Below, piece by piece: positions 61,509 through 64,000 of a DNA stretch of 64,000 nucleotides (the stretch's first letter is position 1; every line of letters begins with the position of its first letter). Below the pieces are notes generated by a model that saw only the letters and a program-made list of their open reading frames with translations, was not told the origin of the DNA and ran no database searches. The DNA is from the human T2T-CHM13v2.0 reference genome, Homo sapiens. The stretch is taken from NCBI RefSeq assembly GCF_009914755.1, contig NC_060935.1. The stretch is one strand, 5' to 3'. A program made the translations under genes and the position numbers.

Positions 61509-63884
61509 TATAACACATAATTATCTTTAAAGGCTCATATCAGTAGTAAAGGTATCAAGGGATTTTAATGTTGGGGGGAGTACATGTACATATATTGTAG
61601 GATTCTCATGTGTTCTTTGACCAAGATTCTGAACATCTGGGCCAAACTGCATTCAGCTCATTCTATTGGCATCTGGAAATTAGGTATTAAAGGACATAAA
61701 AAGGAGACAGGGGTAGTGACAGGATTTTTCTTGTTGTAGTTCATAGTAGATAAATTGGAGAGATGTTTTGCCAAAGTGTACAGAATCTTTGAGTGTATAC
61801 TATTATTATTCTCAGAAATTCAGACTTGATTTCATCCACTTAGTTTGAAGGTAGAAGTGTTGCAGACATTTGTTTTGCAGAATGTTTATTTCCCCAATTT
61901 TCAGGTTTTCATTCAGCGAAATTTTTATGATGATTTTGAATATTTATAAACAAAGCAAACAGGAATCATTGGAAATGATGAAAGTCAGGTATGAACCACC
62001 CGACAACATGGAGAAAAAATAGAAAACAGTTCTTGATTATGGTCAGAATTCTTCCATAATCAAGTTCTTACCTGCCCTCCTCTTGTTCCTTAGAATAAGA
62101 ATCTAATTAACTGGCTTTATTCCTAGACAGACATAGTTGTGACTGTGTTTCATTGATTTTGGACAGCAAACATACTTGGATGAACCTACAGTCATTTTGA
62201 GAAAAGAGCATGGTCTGTAAAGACTGAGCATGGTCAAGTGAGGAAACAAAGTTACTATTTACAGAGTTTGGGGTGAAAATGCACAACCGATGATATCAAA
62301 ATCATACTTTATAAATGGTGGTATTTGTTTTTAATGTTATCACTTAATAGACCTACTCACTCACAGCATAATACAAATCTATTATTCTTGCAGAATTATA
62401 AAGTAATATAGTATTAAAAGCATTTTATAAGCTTATATTTCTTGATGAGACTCATCACTTTTTAAAAAAAGTTGTGGCCCTCAGCTTCAAATCCTGATAA
62501 TCGGGAACTCAGCGTATTGGGGACTAGAAGGTATTATAATTTCCCTTTTTCATAAAATATAAAGCTGAATTATCTTTCTTTCATCACCAGCAATTATATA
62601 GATTTGTGTAAATTTACATTGCCACAGCAGTCACATTGCCCAGCTGAGTTTCCAGCAAGTATAAATATCATTCTCAGAGGCAATTTATAGTACAGTTCAA
62701 ACAGACATCTTTCTCAATCGAAATCTCTTTCCCTTTGACTCTCGGGAAGCACAAATTAGAGAAATACAGAAAGCGGCATGTAAGATAAAATTAAAATGTA
62801 GCTGCTGTATTAAAAGAAGAGAGAATTAACAAAGTAAAATAAATTTTTGCTAACTTTAAAAAAAGCGTTTTTAATTTGTTTTGGAGAAAGTATTATATAA
62901 CTTGTGCTTAGTGCTATATTATTTTGTATCAGCAAGATCTTTAACTGAGATGCTTATAAATGTAATTGAGATGAGAACTAAACTTCTCATGTAACAATAA
63001 AGCCAGTTTTAGTAATTAAAACTATATAAAAAGGAAACACAAGAGACATAAATAGGATATTTATGTGTTTCCCTTTTATAGTTACAGTTTTAATATATAT
63101 TAATATAAGGTATATTAAATATATGAGATATAATGTAATATATATTAAATATATAATGTGAGATATTATATATGTAACATAAGATAAATATGCAATGTGA
63201 GATAAAGACAGCATAACTCATCCTAAAGATATATTTTTTATTTTCAACCTAGAGGTATCTTTACGTTCTCTAATTTCTCTACTTGCTTCTGTTACAGACA
63301 TATAGAGTTAAGAGTTGACTGCTTAAATGAATCGATCAGGAAAAGCAAGCAATAATTCAATATTTTTCAAATATTTATGAGAACTTGGCATATATTAGTC
63401 AAATATTTATCAAACTACATTAGAAAATCTAGCTTATTTTCACAGTAATCTATACAATTATGTATGTATGTGTATAAATTATTAATTTAGTTTCTTTAAT
63501 AATAAATTGTAAAGGAAATTTGAAAAATAGAATACACAAACATGAAGAACAAATTTACAAGCTTCACAGAAAGAAAATTGATAATTTTGTTATACAAGGA
63601 AACACTTTCTCATTTTGTAAGCACATATTTTTCTTATAACCAGAATACTAATTACAAAGCTTTTCTTAGCCTTGAAATTATTTGTGTAAATCCATACCAG
63701 TGTTGCTAAGTCGAAAATTGAAGATCAGCCAAGAAGTTGTGTTAATGTAAGTGGATTCCCCATTTTAAAATTTTCATTGTGTACTAATAATGTGAGAAAA
63801 ATAACTTCAGTGTTTTCCATTATTTTGCTTGAGGGAAACTGTGTCAGACAGGAAAATGAAACAATTTGGTTCAATCAGTTTGAT

Positions 63885-64000
63885 TTTTTTTTAATTTTCA
63901 ATTTTTTGTGGGTACATATTACATGTATATATTTATGGGGTATATGAGATGTTTTTATACAGGCATGCAATGCATAATAATCACATCATGGAGGATGGGT
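63885..64000 (-). mobile_element. L1MA 3' end (continues past window)
   Basis: aattttttgtgggtacat...gtatatatttatggggtatatgag. Confidence 0.75.

Overview
Primate (very probably human) genomic DNA, recognisable as the 11p15.4 TRIM/olfactory-receptor junction. It holds the last three coding exons and 3' UTR of TRIM22 (PRY/SPRY domain), then five class I olfactory receptor loci, all on +: a frameshifted OR52 pseudogene (probably OR52U1P), an intact OR52P1 ORF, OR56B1, OR52N4, and an ATG-less OR56B paralogue (OR56B2P). The rest is AT-rich and repeat-dense (L1, Alu, MaLR/ERVL LTRs, L2, MIR, MER5, MADE1). I found no prokaryotic-type systems and no convincing wholly new gene. Best leads: (1) a 68-nt candidate intron that gives the start-less OR56B2P an in-frame ATG; (2) an old ~2 kb non-coding duplication with an invariant O/E (EBF) site downstream of both OR56B genes; (3) OR56B1 lacking the conserved TM3 cysteine; (4) a strong CTCF motif between TRIM22 and the OR cluster; (5) many templated or snap-back insertion scars inside repeats; (6) a probable Alu-Alu gene-conversion tract. 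Gene symbols come from protein recognition plus recalled gene order. Repeat subfamilies and boundaries were judged by eye and are approximate.
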